Below, in pieces: positions 29,247-37,821 of a stretch of DNA of 64,000 bases. Position 1 is the first letter of the stretch. Every line of letters starts with the position of its first letter. The notes below the pieces were generated by a model. That model was not told where the DNA came from. It searched no databases and was given only the letters and a program-made list of their open reading frames with translations. The stretch comes from a virus. The DNA lies in IMG/VR virus record IMGVR_UViG_3300023174_004605, positions 1 to 64,000 of that record; one strand, given 5' to 3'. A program made the translations under genes and the position numbers.

Positions 29247-29893
29247 TCTTAGCCATTGGCGACAGCAACATGTACCCGGCCTGCACCGAAGTGCCGGACA
29301 CCCCGGACACCAACAACATGGTCCCGGTATTCAGCAATTACGTAGATCAACCTTTCCGCTGTTGGAGCAAAAATGGCGCCAGCAATTACTGGATTGAAAC
29401 TCATATAGAATATTTTTTGGCCGATACTAGCTGGCCTGCAGACACGTTTTTGTTTGTGGGTTGGACCAGTGCTGAGCGTGAAGAATGGCCTTGGTTATAT
29501 AGTAATATAAGCGTATGCGGCGGGCCCGACTTTGGCATCCCGGAACCTATAAAGGCCAAATACAAGCAATGGCAACAAACGCTTACTGAAGAATATCAAC
29601 AACAGTGTATTGATCTCTGGCACGATCGTATCTATGCCATGCATCTAAAACTCCAGGCTCGCAGTATCAGACACTTATTTTGGATGACCTATGACAATTT
29701 TAAATCCATCAAAGATTGTCGCGACTGGAATGGAAATTTTTTCCAACCCTATGACCAAGATGGTTGTATGGTCAGATTCTTAAATTCAAAAAGTATTAAA
29801 CCCATTGCAGGGGATCCTTTTCATTACGATGCTTCGGCTCACAAGTTCTGGGCGCAGACCTTGAGCAATTACGCAAAAGAAAAACAACTATGA
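29243..29893 (+). CDS. SGNH-like protein
   Basis: IGDS, GASN, WT..EREEW, C-terminal FHYD..H. Confidence 0.6.
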   Translation: MILAIGDSNMYPACTEVPDTPDTNNMVPVFSNYVDQPFRCWSKNGASNYWIETHIEYFLADTSWPADTFLFVGWTSAEREEWPWLYSNISVCGGPDFGIPEPIKAKYKQWQQTLTEEYQQQCIDLWHDRIYAMHLKLQARSIRHLFWMTYDNFKSIKDCRDWNGNFFQPYDQDGCMVRFLNSKSIKPIAGDPFHYDASAHKFWAQTLSNYAKEKQL

Positions 29894-30594
29894 TCTTGTA
29901 TGTGAATGGTGACAGTCATGCTGCGGGCGCCGAAGCAGTGAACCCCCATGCGTTTGCTGAGGATGATTCACAGTATTTTTATTTAGGACGAGCTCCACAT
30001 CCTGAAAATCTAGAAGTAACCTGGGGGAAACAATTGAGCATGTCATTAAAAGCAGGATTAAAATGCGATGCTGAAAGCGCCAGCTCTAACACAAGAATAT
30101 TACGCACCACCCGAGAATGGTTGGCTGGATACGGACAAGATTACAACGACAAATTAATTATCATACAATGGAGCACCTGGGAGCGTGAAGAATGGTTGTA
30201 CAACGGAACCTATTATCAAGTAGGTGCCAGTGGAACTGATAGTGTTCCTGCAGAAGCTGCAGAGAGATATCGCAATTATATCGTTGGTGTCGATTGGAAA
30301 GTAAAAACCCAGGAAGCGCACCGTGAAATTTGGGAGTTCCATCAGGAATTAAATGATCAAGGTGTTGCCCATATTTTTTTTAACGGTAACAATGATTTTG
30401 GTAAAATTTTAGATAAAAAAGAGTGGGGGATCAATTACATTGGACCTTACGACAGCAAGTACACTTTTGATGCTATCATAAGATCAAAGGGCATAGAAAC
30501 GGTCATGCCTAATTCTTGGCATTTTGGACGGGATGGACATTCGGCATTCCATCGTTTTTTATTGAACTATATCATAACCAACAATTTTATTTGA
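29890..30594 (+). CDS. SGNH-like protein, paralog of the preceding gene
   Basis: NGDSH, SSNTRI, WSTWEREEW, WHF..DGH. Confidence 0.65.
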   Translation: MILYVNGDSHAAGAEAVNPHAFAEDDSQYFYLGRAPHPENLEVTWGKQLSMSLKAGLKCDAESASSNTRILRTTREWLAGYGQDYNDKLIIIQWSTWEREEWLYNGTYYQVGASGTDSVPAEAAERYRNYIVGVDWKVKTQEAHREIWEFHQELNDQGVAHIFFNGNNDFGKILDKKEWGINYIGPYDSKYTFDAIIRSKGIETVMPNSWHFGRDGHSAFHRFLLNYIITNNFI

Positions 30595-30619
30595 CTTTTG
30601 GTTGATTTAATGTTATACT
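30591..30619 (+). promoter_or_regulatory. sigma70 promoter giving a leaderless rnh transcript
   Basis: TTGACT-17nt-TATACT, ATG 7 nt downstream. Confidence 0.6.
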
Positions 30620-30625
30620 AATAGC

Positions 30626-31642
30626 ATGAAATATGTTCTCATTGATACCGCCAATATGTTCTTTCGGGCCCGACACGGCGCTTTCCGTGCCGCAGACACC
30701 TGGGAAAAGCTGGGCTTTGCCTTGCATGTCACGCTGATGGCTGCCAACAAGGTGGCCCGTCGTTTTGAAGCTGATCACATGGTTTTTGCCCTGGAAGGGC
30801 GAAGCTGGCGCAAGGACATGTACAAACCCTACAAAAATAACCGCGCAGTAGCACGCCAGGCCCTTACAGAAAACGAACTGGAAGAGGACAAGCTGTTCTG
30901 GGAAACCTATGATAATCTGACTAAATACTTGTCTGAAAAGACCAATTGCTCAGTCATTAGGTGTCCAACAGCAGAGGGCGATGATATCATAGCCCGCTGG
31001 ATCGCATTACATCCCCAAGATGAACATGTTGTTATCAGCAGTGATACTGACTTTGTTCAACTAGTAGCACCCAATGTCAAGCAATACAATGGAATCACCG
31101 ACGAACTGATCACCATAGAAGGAATCTTTGATGCCAAAGGTAAACCAGTTATTGACAAGAAAAGCAAGGAGCCCAAGACGATACCTGATCCGCAATGGCT
31201 ACTGTTCGAGAAGTGTATGCGTGGCGACAGCTCAGATAACGTGTTCTCGGCATTCCCGGGCGTTCGGACCAAAGGCACCAAGAACAAGGTTGGCTTACAA
31301 GAAGCGTTTGCTGACAAGAATAAAAAGGGTTACAACTGGAACAACATGATGTTACAACGCTGGACGGATCCAGATGGTGTAGAGCATAGAGTGTTGGATG
31401 ACTATGAACGCAATAGAACCTTGATTGACTTGACAGCACAACCAGACGACATCAAGGCCAAAGTGGATGCGGCCATACGTGAACAGATCAGCCACAAGGA
31501 TGTGGGTCAGGTGGGTGTGCGATTCATGCAATTCTGTGGCAAATATGAATTAAACAAATGCAGTGAATCAGCCGAAAGTTTTGGACGCTGGATGAACGAA
31601 ACATACAAAGGCGTGTTAAATGACAACTCAAATGATAACTGA
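30626..31642 (+). CDS. rnh: T4-type RNase H / 5'-3' exonuclease
   Basis: LIDTAN, SWRK..YK, AEGDDIIA, SSDTDFVQL, RGDSSDNV. Confidence 0.88.
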   Translation: MKYVLIDTANMFFRARHGAFRAADTWEKLGFALHVTLMAANKVARRFEADHMVFALEGRSWRKDMYKPYKNNRAVARQALTENELEEDKLFWETYDNLTKYLSEKTNCSVIRCPTAEGDDIIARWIALHPQDEHVVISSDTDFVQLVAPNVKQYNGITDELITIEGIFDAKGKPVIDKKSKEPKTIPDPQWLLFEKCMRGDSSDNVFSAFPGVRTKGTKNKVGLQEAFADKNKKGYNWNNMMLQRWTDPDGVEHRVLDDYERNRTLIDLTAQPDDIKAKVDAAIREQISHKDVGQVGVRFMQFCGKYELNKCSESAESFGRWMNETYKGVLNDNSNDN

Positions 31643-32648
31643 TAAGGCTAAATTTTTAAACTTAGTTTGTCAACAAAAAATTACTCCAGCATTGAAATCA
31701 TATGCTGACACAATTTTGTTTTATTATTTAGGATTCCTATCTGCAAACAAAAATAATGGTGAGATTTCGGAAATCGGAGTAGGTGGTAGCACCTATGTGT
31801 TGACAGAACTATCCGAACTCTTGGACAAAACATTTTTTATTTTTGATATTGATAAAGAATATACAGATATAGTCGTTAACAATGTTCACTTTTGGCCAGG
31901 CGCAAAGTTAAAAATTTGCATAGACAACAGCACGAATTTGCACAATTACCCAGATATTCCTAAATTATCATACTGTCATGTTGATGGTGCTAAAGAATTT
32001 GACATTACTGTATCTGATTTGCAATTTTATCTTGACCATCTGTCCGTAAACGGCTTGATATGTCAAGATGATTACGGTAACAATAAATGGCCCACAGTAA
32101 CTGATGCAATTAAACATTTAGAGCAAACAAACAAGATAAAGATTGTTATGATTGGTGACTCAAGTGCCTGGGTGACCAAACCAGAGTATTATGATTATTG
32201 GATGGACATTTTAAATAATGACTATGAATTTTCTTTATTAACAGCATTGTGTAGTGTTTCTAGTTCAGAAAAATTAAACAAAGTTCCAAAATATTTTTTT
32301 TTACAATCTATCTTTAACTATAGTTTATTGACTGGCTACACTGAATCAGAGAAAAAATATTTTAAAAATATTTTAGCGGCAAAGAATCATCAAAATTATC
32401 TAACAATGCCGTATTATGCACAAAGTGAAATAGGCTTTGCTTTAGATAATAATGTTGACGATGGATATATTTTAACTGTGGCATGGGATAGCATCAAAGG
32501 ACCAGACTGGCCACAAGAAGCTCCGGTTCTCAGAGAAGAAATTGAAAGATTGCCTGATTGGATAAAACATGAACTTTTTCATGTTCACAACTTCAATGAT
32601 CTTTTTAAATGTGTTGTAAAAAAAACAAATTTTGAAATAAAGGAATAA
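31620..32648 (+). CDS. Putative methyltransferase (AT-rich)
   Basis: EIGVGGS, HVDG, GLICQDDY. Confidence 0.65.
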   Translation: MTTQMITDKAKFLNLVCQQKITPALKSYADTILFYYLGFLSANKNNGEISEIGVGGSTYVLTELSELLDKTFFIFDIDKEYTDIVVNNVHFWPGAKLKICIDNSTNLHNYPDIPKLSYCHVDGAKEFDITVSDLQFYLDHLSVNGLICQDDYGNNKWPTVTDAIKHLEQTNKIKIVMIGDSSAWVTKPEYYDYWMDILNNDYEFSLLTALCSVSSSEKLNKVPKYFFLQSIFNYSLLTGYTESEKKYFKNILAAKNHQNYLTMPYYAQSEIGFALDNNVDDGYILTVAWDSIKGPDWPQEAPVLREEIERLPDWIKHELFHVHNFNDLFKCVVKKTNFEIKE

Positions 32649-32660
32649 TAAACAAATAAA

Positions 32661-33119
32661 ATGACACTAATAGCCAAACCAGTAATAGACAAACAGTTTT
32701 GGATCTTACAAGAAAACGATCGCAAGATCGGTAATATCGAAGCCTGCAACGGAGGGTATCAAGTCAAGATCAACAATCAAGTAGCACAATTCCGAACAAT
32801 CAAACTGGCAGCAAAATATATTAATATTGAATTCGAAGCTCCAGTGAAAAAAATCAAGTCCAAGATCCACTCAGATCATGTGCATGGATATCCGGTATCG
32901 GGGCGTATGCATAATCCCATGTGGGACGTGCCACAACAGTTACCAGTGTACACTAAATCAGTCAAGAGCAAATCGTGGTTTGCCGCAGGATGGTACAATG
33001 TGCGCCGGGGACGGCATTGGCGCACAGTGCAGTGCCCAAAATTAATCGTTCTACAGCGATATGCCTACCAAGGTCCTTTCTATACCGAACAAGAAGCCCA
33101 TGACCATACATCTAAATAA
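32661..33119 (+). CDS. Hypothetical protein
   Basis: 152 aa ORF. Confidence 0.65.
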   Translation: MTLIAKPVIDKQFWILQENDRKIGNIEACNGGYQVKINNQVAQFRTIKLAAKYINIEFEAPVKKIKSKIHSDHVHGYPVSGRMHNPMWDVPQQLPVYTKSVKSKSWFAAGWYNVRRGRHWRTVQCPKLIVLQRYAYQGPFYTEQEAHDHTSK

Positions 33120-33309
33120 ATTCATAGAACGTGTACTGGGACACGAAGCACGTGGTGCTCGTGATTTTGTCATGAGCATGAAAGACGCACGAGACCTACA
33201 TGCAGATATTACCAGATTATTGCTGGAATTGAACAATCTGCGTGAACAAGACACCAAACACAGCCAAGAAGAAGTGATCACTGTACAGGTCACCGGAGGC
33301 ACATTCTAA
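33100..33309 (+). CDS. Hypothetical protein
   Basis: ORF from ATG 33100. Confidence 0.55.
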   Translation: MTIHLNKFIERVLGHEARGARDFVMSMKDARDLHADITRLLLELNNLREQDTKHSQEEVITVQVTGGTF

Positions 33310-33354
33310 AACTACCTATATTTTCTGATAAATAAAATATAGGAGTTTAATGAC

Positions 33355-33642
33355 ATGAGTCGCCCAAAACCCAGCGTATTAATTGAGCATATCAACAAGA
33401 CCACCTACAAAACCGAGCAGGTCTTGGCCAGTGAAGGTGTGTGGGCCGTGTTCTATGATGCCAAACCCATCAACTTAAAAACATCAAACATGTTGGTGCA
33501 GTATCCTGGCCCAAAATACAAAAAGGTTTCATTTAGCAATCCGGGGCATGCCAAAAATCTGGCCAAAAAACTCAACACGCAATTTAAAACAGATCGATTC
33601 ACAGTGGTGTTGTTAAGAGCCGGGGATCAGGTCTATCCCTGA
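33355..33642 (+). CDS. Hypothetical basic protein
   Basis: ATAAATA element and AGGAG SD upstream. Confidence 0.7.
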   Translation: MSRPKPSVLIEHINKTTYKTEQVLASEGVWAVFYDAKPINLKTSNMLVQYPGPKYKKVSFSNPGHAKNLAKKLNTQFKTDRFTVVLLRAGDQVYP

Positions 33643-33646
33643 TGAT

Positions 33647-34018
33647 GTGCGTGACAAACATCTACTGACACAACAACTCATCGAGCTCTTGCCCGAGGCC
33701 GATCGTGTGCCTATAGATGCGGCCTTGCCAGCCTGGTGGTTCAACATCCGACGTACCGGTGGCATGCGATTGACAGGCATTGGATATGATGTATTGTCTC
33801 GTCGGTTGGACCTCGAAAACTACGAGTATGCCATCACAGATCCTTTGACTTTCAACAAGCGTCTCATGCTCAAATTGGATAGGAAAATGCAGATGCCCTA
33901 CTATATTTCGGCCACCAAAGGCATACCCAAAAAGATCGTGTTTTTTGGAAGCCGAGAAGCGGTCATGGTCAATCTCTACGGTAATTTGGAACAATTTCTT
34001 GACAACTACGGGCCTTGA
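33647..34018 (+). CDS. Hypothetical protein
   Basis: 123 aa ORF. Confidence 0.6.
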   Translation: MRDKHLLTQQLIELLPEADRVPIDAALPAWWFNIRRTGGMRLTGIGYDVLSRRLDLENYEYAITDPLTFNKRLMLKLDRKMQMPYYISATKGIPKKIVFFGSREAVMVNLYGNLEQFLDNYGP

Positions 34019-34027
34019 TGCTATACT
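33999..34027 (+). promoter_or_regulatory. sigma70 promoter for the tRNA(CAU)
   Basis: TTGACA-17nt-TATACT. Confidence 0.7.
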
Positions 34028-34035
34028 GTAATCAA

Positions 34036-34123
34036 GGGCCGAACGCCGTATTGGTTGCAGGCAGCGGACTCATAATCCGCCTCAGAAATGACACTGTGGG
34101 TTCAAATCCCTCTCGGCCCACCA
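34036..34123 (+). tRNA. tRNA(CAU), probably Ile2 (or elongator Met), with a long variable arm
   Basis: GGGCCGA/TCGGCCC-A-CCA; GCGGA-CTCATAA-TCCGC; about 15-nt variable region; TTCAAAT T-loop. Confidence 0.85.
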
Positions 34124-34140
34124 GTTAAAAGGTAAATATC

Positions 34141-34320
34141 ATGACCGTGGAACAGCAAAAGAAACCGCCTGTAGAACGCTATTACTACTCGGAAGACGAG
34201 TGGGCAAGACTGGGTTGTGGTCCGTTGCCACCCGAAAGAGATCGTGCTCGGCAACTAGAAAATGTTATGGCAAAAGGAAATCCCCGGATTGACGGCAAAA
34301 ACATCAAAGGGTATAATTAA
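34141..34320 (+). CDS. Hypothetical protein (59 aa)
   Basis: Read by hand: MTVEQQKKPPVERYYYSEDEW... Confidence 0.5.
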   Translation: MTVEQQKKPPVERYYYSEDEWARLGCGPLPPERDRARQLENVMAKGNPRIDGKNIKGYN

Positions 34321-34321
34321 C

Positions 34322-34710
34322 ATGTGGTTGATATTTTTTGCATTCATGGCCATAGTGATTTGCTATGGTATTATGTGGTTGAATGAACATCAGGACGAAC
34401 AATGAACATATTGAAAAACATTCCCTGGGCAGCTATAGCTGCCCTGGCAGTATTTGTGGCCATGGGAATAGTGGCTCACTTGTTTGGTAAATGACATGAA
34501 TCAAGACTACAGTTTTGCCATTGGTGTAGTAGTAGTGGCTATTGTGTTTTTATTGCTTTTTTAGTTTCCAATTTTGATCAAAATTGGTGGTAGGACGGGT
34601 CTATGAATAAAATACAAGTTTTCACACTGGGCACAGGACTAGTGATCATGTGGTTGTTTTACAAATTAACTTTGGAAATTTGGTGCTGGATTTATGGTCT
34701 ATTCTATTGA
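34322..34710 (+). other. Four tandem single-TM micro-ORFs (34322-34405, 34402-34494, 34496-34564, 34603-34710)
   Basis: 27, 30, 22 and 35 aa hydrophobic ORFs; the first three are tightly coupled. Confidence 0.55.
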
Positions 34711-34759
34711 CAACGAACTTGAAAAATATCATCTAACCGGTGGCCTATGTCGTTTTTAT

Positions 34760-34767
34760 TATAAATA
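34760..34767 (+). promoter_or_regulatory. T4-type late promoter
   Basis: TATAAATA. Confidence 0.6.
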
Positions 34768-34795
34768 ACACTATTAACCAAAAAAGGAAAAAAAT

Positions 34796-35068
34796 ATGGC
34801 ATTCGACACTTTAACAAGTTTTGCTCGACAGCTAACAACTGCAGAAGAGACTTCAGTCCAAAACTATGTGACGACTCAAATGGGGTCAGGAACAACCAAT
34901 GGTATATCGTATAGTGTTCAACGAACCGGAGTAACCACCGCAGAAGGTCAACCCTTAGCACTCATTCTTCGCGGGTGGGTTGATGAAAGCTCAGCCAACG
35001 CCTATATAGCATTTTTGAATACTTTTAGCCCGGCGCCGGTTTATGCACAGACGGTGCAATCTGTATAA
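34796..35068 (+). CDS. Hypothetical protein
   Basis: AAGGA SD, late promoter. Confidence 0.65.
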   Translation: MAFDTLTSFARQLTTAEETSVQNYVTTQMGSGTTNGISYSVQRTGVTTAEGQPLALILRGWVDESSANAYIAFLNTFSPAPVYAQTVQSV

Positions 35069-35108
35069 TACCTAGACTGGCAAAGTAAAATTGTAGTATA
35101 ATGCCTTG

Positions 35109-35420
35109 AAAGAAAGGTGTTGCGGACCTGGGGGCAGAACCCAGCAGGTCCACCATAAAGAAATTACATAGACATTGATCATAGTTGTAATTGCATTGGT
35201 CTTCCATGTATTGAACAATTAGTTTCTTTATGATGGGCCTGACACAGTTTCGACGTGGCAACAAGTATGGACAGGATCTACACGGCAAAGCAGAAGCCGT
35301 AGGACTGGGGATTCCTGGTCGTAGAAGCAACCTTATTAAATGCAAACGCATCTAATGACGAGGTTTTTGCCTTAGCGGCATGATCTCCGGGGCAACTATG
35401 CCTTGTCACCCAAACTAGTC
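35109..35420 (+). ncRNA. ssrA: Circularly permuted (two-piece) tmRNA; tag (A)ANASNDEVFALAA*; outer ends approximate
   Basis: Acceptor piece first: T-arm CTGGG-GGCAGAA-CCCAG, CAGGTCC-A-CCA ending 35155. Hairpin spacer 35156-35234. Coding piece starts GGGCCTG..TTCGAC at 35235 (G3.U70 pair). Tag ORF 35342-35383 after the TAAAT resume context. TATAAT at 35097. Confidence 0.9.
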
Positions 35421-35421
35421 T

Positions 35422-35448
35422 AAAAAGCCTGAGAAATCAGGCTTTTTT
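35422..35448 (+). terminator. Intrinsic (bidirectional-type) terminator
   Basis: AAAAAGCCTGA-GAAA-TCAGGCTTTTTT. Confidence 0.85.
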
Positions 35449-35525
35449 GTTGGCCACTAAGTAAAAACCACTAAATAAAGAGTTGGGTGATCACCCAGCA
35501 TTCTTTTAAAAGGAAAATCTCAAGC

Positions 35526-36266
35526 ATGAAAAAATTATTAATCGCATTAGCCTTGTCCGCTGGCTTGGTTGCCTCGGCTCAAGCTCAACTCACCGGCAAT
35601 TTAGGTTTGACCAGCGACTACCGTTTCCGCGGTGTTAGCCAAACTCAAAATGCTCCTGCAGTTCAGGGCGGCATCGACTATGCACACAAGAGTGGCTTCT
35701 ATGTTGGTAACTGGAACAGCTCGGTCTCTAGCCAAGTCTACACCTCAGGTGCAGGTTTAGAAAGTGACTTGTATGCTGGTTACAAGAAAGAAATCTTCAA
35801 GGGCATTAGTATTGACGTTGGTAGCTACAATTATTTCTATCCACGTGCAACCACTTCCGCAAAAACTGGTTCAAACTTTGACACCTATGAAGGCTATGTC
35901 GGATTGGGTTACAAAGATATCATCTCTGCCAAGTATAGCAGAACCTTAGGCGAAGGCTACTTTGGTACAGCCAATGCACAAGGCACAACTTACATGCAAG
36001 CAGATGGCAAGTTGCCAGTTCCTGTAGTAAAAAATCTAGCTGTTGTTGCGCACTATGGTCGCACCAATGTGGCCAACAGCACAGCATATGATTACAATGA
36101 CATCAATGCTGGTTTTGTTTACAGCTTACCAAAAGACTTTGACTTGAGCGTGAAGTATTTTACCAATACTGGCACAACAAGAACTTTCGAAACTGCAAAC
36201 ACTGTGAGCGGTCAAAAGCTATACAAAAACGCAGTGGTAGTTGGCTTGACAAAAACTTTCAATTAA
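35526..36266 (+). CDS. TorF-family putative outer-membrane porin
   Basis: Signal peptide AQA, LTSDYRFRGVSQT..PAVQGGIDY, DLYAGY, C-terminal TKTF. Confidence 0.85.
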   Translation: MKKLLIALALSAGLVASAQAQLTGNLGLTSDYRFRGVSQTQNAPAVQGGIDYAHKSGFYVGNWNSSVSSQVYTSGAGLESDLYAGYKKEIFKGISIDVGSYNYFYPRATTSAKTGSNFDTYEGYVGLGYKDIISAKYSRTLGEGYFGTANAQGTTYMQADGKLPVPVVKNLAVVAHYGRTNVANSTAYDYNDINAGFVYSLPKDFDLSVKYFTNTGTTRTFETANTVSGQKLYKNAVVVGLTKTFN

Positions 36267-36281
36267 TTCCGAAAGTGATAC

Positions 36282-36309
36282 AAAAAAAGCTCCTTCGGGG
36301 GCTTTTTTT
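36282..36309 (+). terminator. Intrinsic terminator with UUCG loop
   Basis: AAAAAAAGCTCC-TTCG-GGGGCTTTTTTT. Confidence 0.85.
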
Positions 36310-36324
36310 GTTGACCCAACCCGG

Positions 36325-36353
36325 TTGACAAGATATAAATAGATCTATATAAT
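36325..36353 (+). promoter_or_regulatory. Consensus sigma70 promoter with an embedded TATAAATA late promoter
   Basis: TTGACA-17nt-TATAAT; TATAAATA at 36334-36341. Confidence 0.8.
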
Positions 36354-36359
36354 ACTATT

Positions 36360-36461
36360 ATGTTGAATCGCAAAGTCGACCATCTCGTACCACAGCCCAA
36401 TTTTGCAGGGAGCGTGGTTCTATGGACAATTTGTAAAGAAGGAATTCAGGGTATTGAATAG
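36360..36461 (+). CDS. Leaderless 33-aa ORF (possible leader peptide)
   Basis: ATG at the predicted +1; followed by a terminator. Confidence 0.4.
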   Translation: MLNRKVDHLVPQPNFAGSVVLWTICKEGIQGIE

Positions 36462-36484
36462 TATAAAACATCATACAATATTCA

Positions 36485-36520
36485 AAAACCCTGGAACTAA
36501 ACACTCCGGGGTTTTTTGTT
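36485..36520 (+). terminator. Intrinsic terminator or attenuator ahead of the tRNA cluster
   Basis: AAAACCCTGGA..TCCGGGGTTTTTT. Confidence 0.7.
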
Positions 36521-36538
36521 TAGAAAGAAAGGAAAAAG

Positions 36539-36712
36539 ATGTCAATTGATTATGAAAAATTAAACGATCAAATCGTAAAACAGGCCTGGGACCACACTTC
36601 GGTATTTTTGAACGAGGCACAAAAGCAACGGCTGTTTCAGAACAAGATCGATCGTGCGGCCGCAATGATCCGGGCGCAGGAGCAGTTCCGTATGATGCAA
36701 CAAGAACAGTGA
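36539..36712 (+). CDS. Hypothetical helical protein (57 aa)
   Basis: Read by hand; AAGGA SD. Confidence 0.55.
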   Translation: MSIDYEKLNDQIVKQAWDHTSVFLNEAQKQRLFQNKIDRAAAMIRAQEQFRMMQQEQ

Positions 36713-36718
36713 AACAAT

Positions 36719-36794
36719 CGCGGGGTGGAAAAGTTGGCATTTCGTCAGTCTCATAAGCTGAAGGTCGTCGGTTCGAATCCGACCCCCGCAACCA
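36719..36794 (+). tRNA. Initiator-type tRNA-fMet(CAU)
   Basis: CGCGGGG start, C1:A72 mismatch, CTCATAA loop, encoded CCA; anticodon stem lacks the 3 G-C pairs. Confidence 0.9.
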
Positions 36795-36795
36795 A

Positions 36796-36957
36796 TTATG
36801 ATCTGGGACGGCAAGCGGCAAAGGCTGTCACAGCAGGATCTCGAAAGTTGAGGCCGTTGCTGAGTTGTTGACATACAGCCGCAGAGGCCACTGGTTGTTC
36901 CAGTTTACGGATAAGATCTCCGTTGAGGTAAACGAATAAGGTCAAAATGTATTCCAT
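36796..36957 (-). CDS. Small protein (53 aa) antisense within the tRNA cluster
   Basis: AGGAG SD; MEYILTLFVYLNGDLIRKLEQPVASAAVCQQLSNG...AACRPRS. Confidence 0.55.
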   Translation of the reverse strand: MEYILTLFVYLNGDLIRKLEQPVASAAVCQQLSNGLNFRDPAVTAFAACRPRS

Positions 36958-37040
36958 GTGTATAACTCCTAGTAATATATATCGCAGTTTATATGCGATT
37001 TTTCAAGGGATCCAATACATTTTTGTTATGAGCTTATTAC

Positions 37041-37118
37041 AGTGAGGTGGCAGAGTGGCCCAATGCAAGGGACTGCAAATCCCTAAAGCCGTGAGTTCGA
37101 ATCTCACCCTCACTTCCA
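37041..37118 (+). tRNA. tRNA-Cys(GCA)
   Basis: AGTGAGG/CCTCACT-U73-CCA; AGGGA-CTGCAAA-TCCCT. Confidence 0.9.
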
Positions 37119-37124
37119 AGTTTG

Positions 37125-37198
37125 GTCGGTCTGGTATAATGGCATTACAGCGGTCTCCAAAACCGTTAATTGAGGTTCGATTCCTTAGACCGGCGCCA
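37125..37198 (+). tRNA. tRNA-Trp(CCA)
   Basis: GTCGGTC/GACCGGC-G-CCA; CTCCAAA loop. Confidence 0.9.
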
Positions 37199-37223
37199 TG
37201 TTTAGAAAAGAAAGGAGGCACGT

Positions 37224-37814
37224 ATGCCAGCAGTATTTTTAGTCAGCGACACACACTTTGGTCACGCAGGTGTATGTCGCTTTACCCGTAACGATGGTGT
37301 GACCAAACTCAGACCATGGACTGATCCAGATGAAATGGACGAGGCCATGGTAGCAGCGTGGAATGATCGTGTGCGTCCAAATGACAAGGTTTACCACTTG
37401 GGCGATGTTGTTATCAACCGCAAGGCCTTGGGCATCATGCGCAGGCTCAACGGTGAAAAGGTCTTGATCCGCGGCAACCACGATATTTTTAAAGACGAGG
37501 ATTATACACCTTATTTCCGTAGCCTACGTGCCTACCATGTGATGAATGGCATGATCTTGAGTCACATGCCTATTCACAGTGAAAGCCTGGGTCGCTTTGG
37601 TGTCAACATCCATGGACATTTGCACGCCAATCGTGTGATGTTGCCCGGATTCAATGGCAAGATCACCGACATCGTTGATACTAGGTATCATTGTGTGTGC
37701 GTGGAGCAGACCGACTTTGCGCCAATCCTGTTTGAAGATGTGGTCAAAAGAATCGAAGCAGAAGGTGGTGTAATAGGTTTCAAGAATGGCAATGGAACCA
37801 CGCAAGCGACCTAG
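37224..37814 (+). CDS. Calcineurin-like metallophosphoesterase
   Basis: SDTHFGH, HLGD, RGNHD, IHGHLH. Confidence 0.9.
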   Translation: MPAVFLVSDTHFGHAGVCRFTRNDGVTKLRPWTDPDEMDEAMVAAWNDRVRPNDKVYHLGDVVINRKALGIMRRLNGEKVLIRGNHDIFKDEDYTPYFRSLRAYHVMNGMILSHMPIHSESLGRFGVNIHGHLHANRVMLPGFNGKITDIVDTRYHCVCVEQTDFAPILFEDVVKRIEAEGGVIGFKNGNGTTQAT

Positions 37815-37821
37815 TAGTTCG

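Noticed and set aside
35025-35351. Minus-strand 108-aa ORF
   Set aside because: It is a shadow of the tmRNA gene.
36800-36905. Long imperfect hairpin after tRNA-fMet as an ncRNA (SRP, 6S or ribozyme)
   Set aside because: It lacks SRP or ribozyme consensus and is better explained by a minus-strand 53-aa gene with a good SD.
36471-37291. ORF-track entries 36471-36821, 36560-36874, 37003-37221 and 37055-37291
   Set aside because: They overlap tRNA genes and are translation artefacts.
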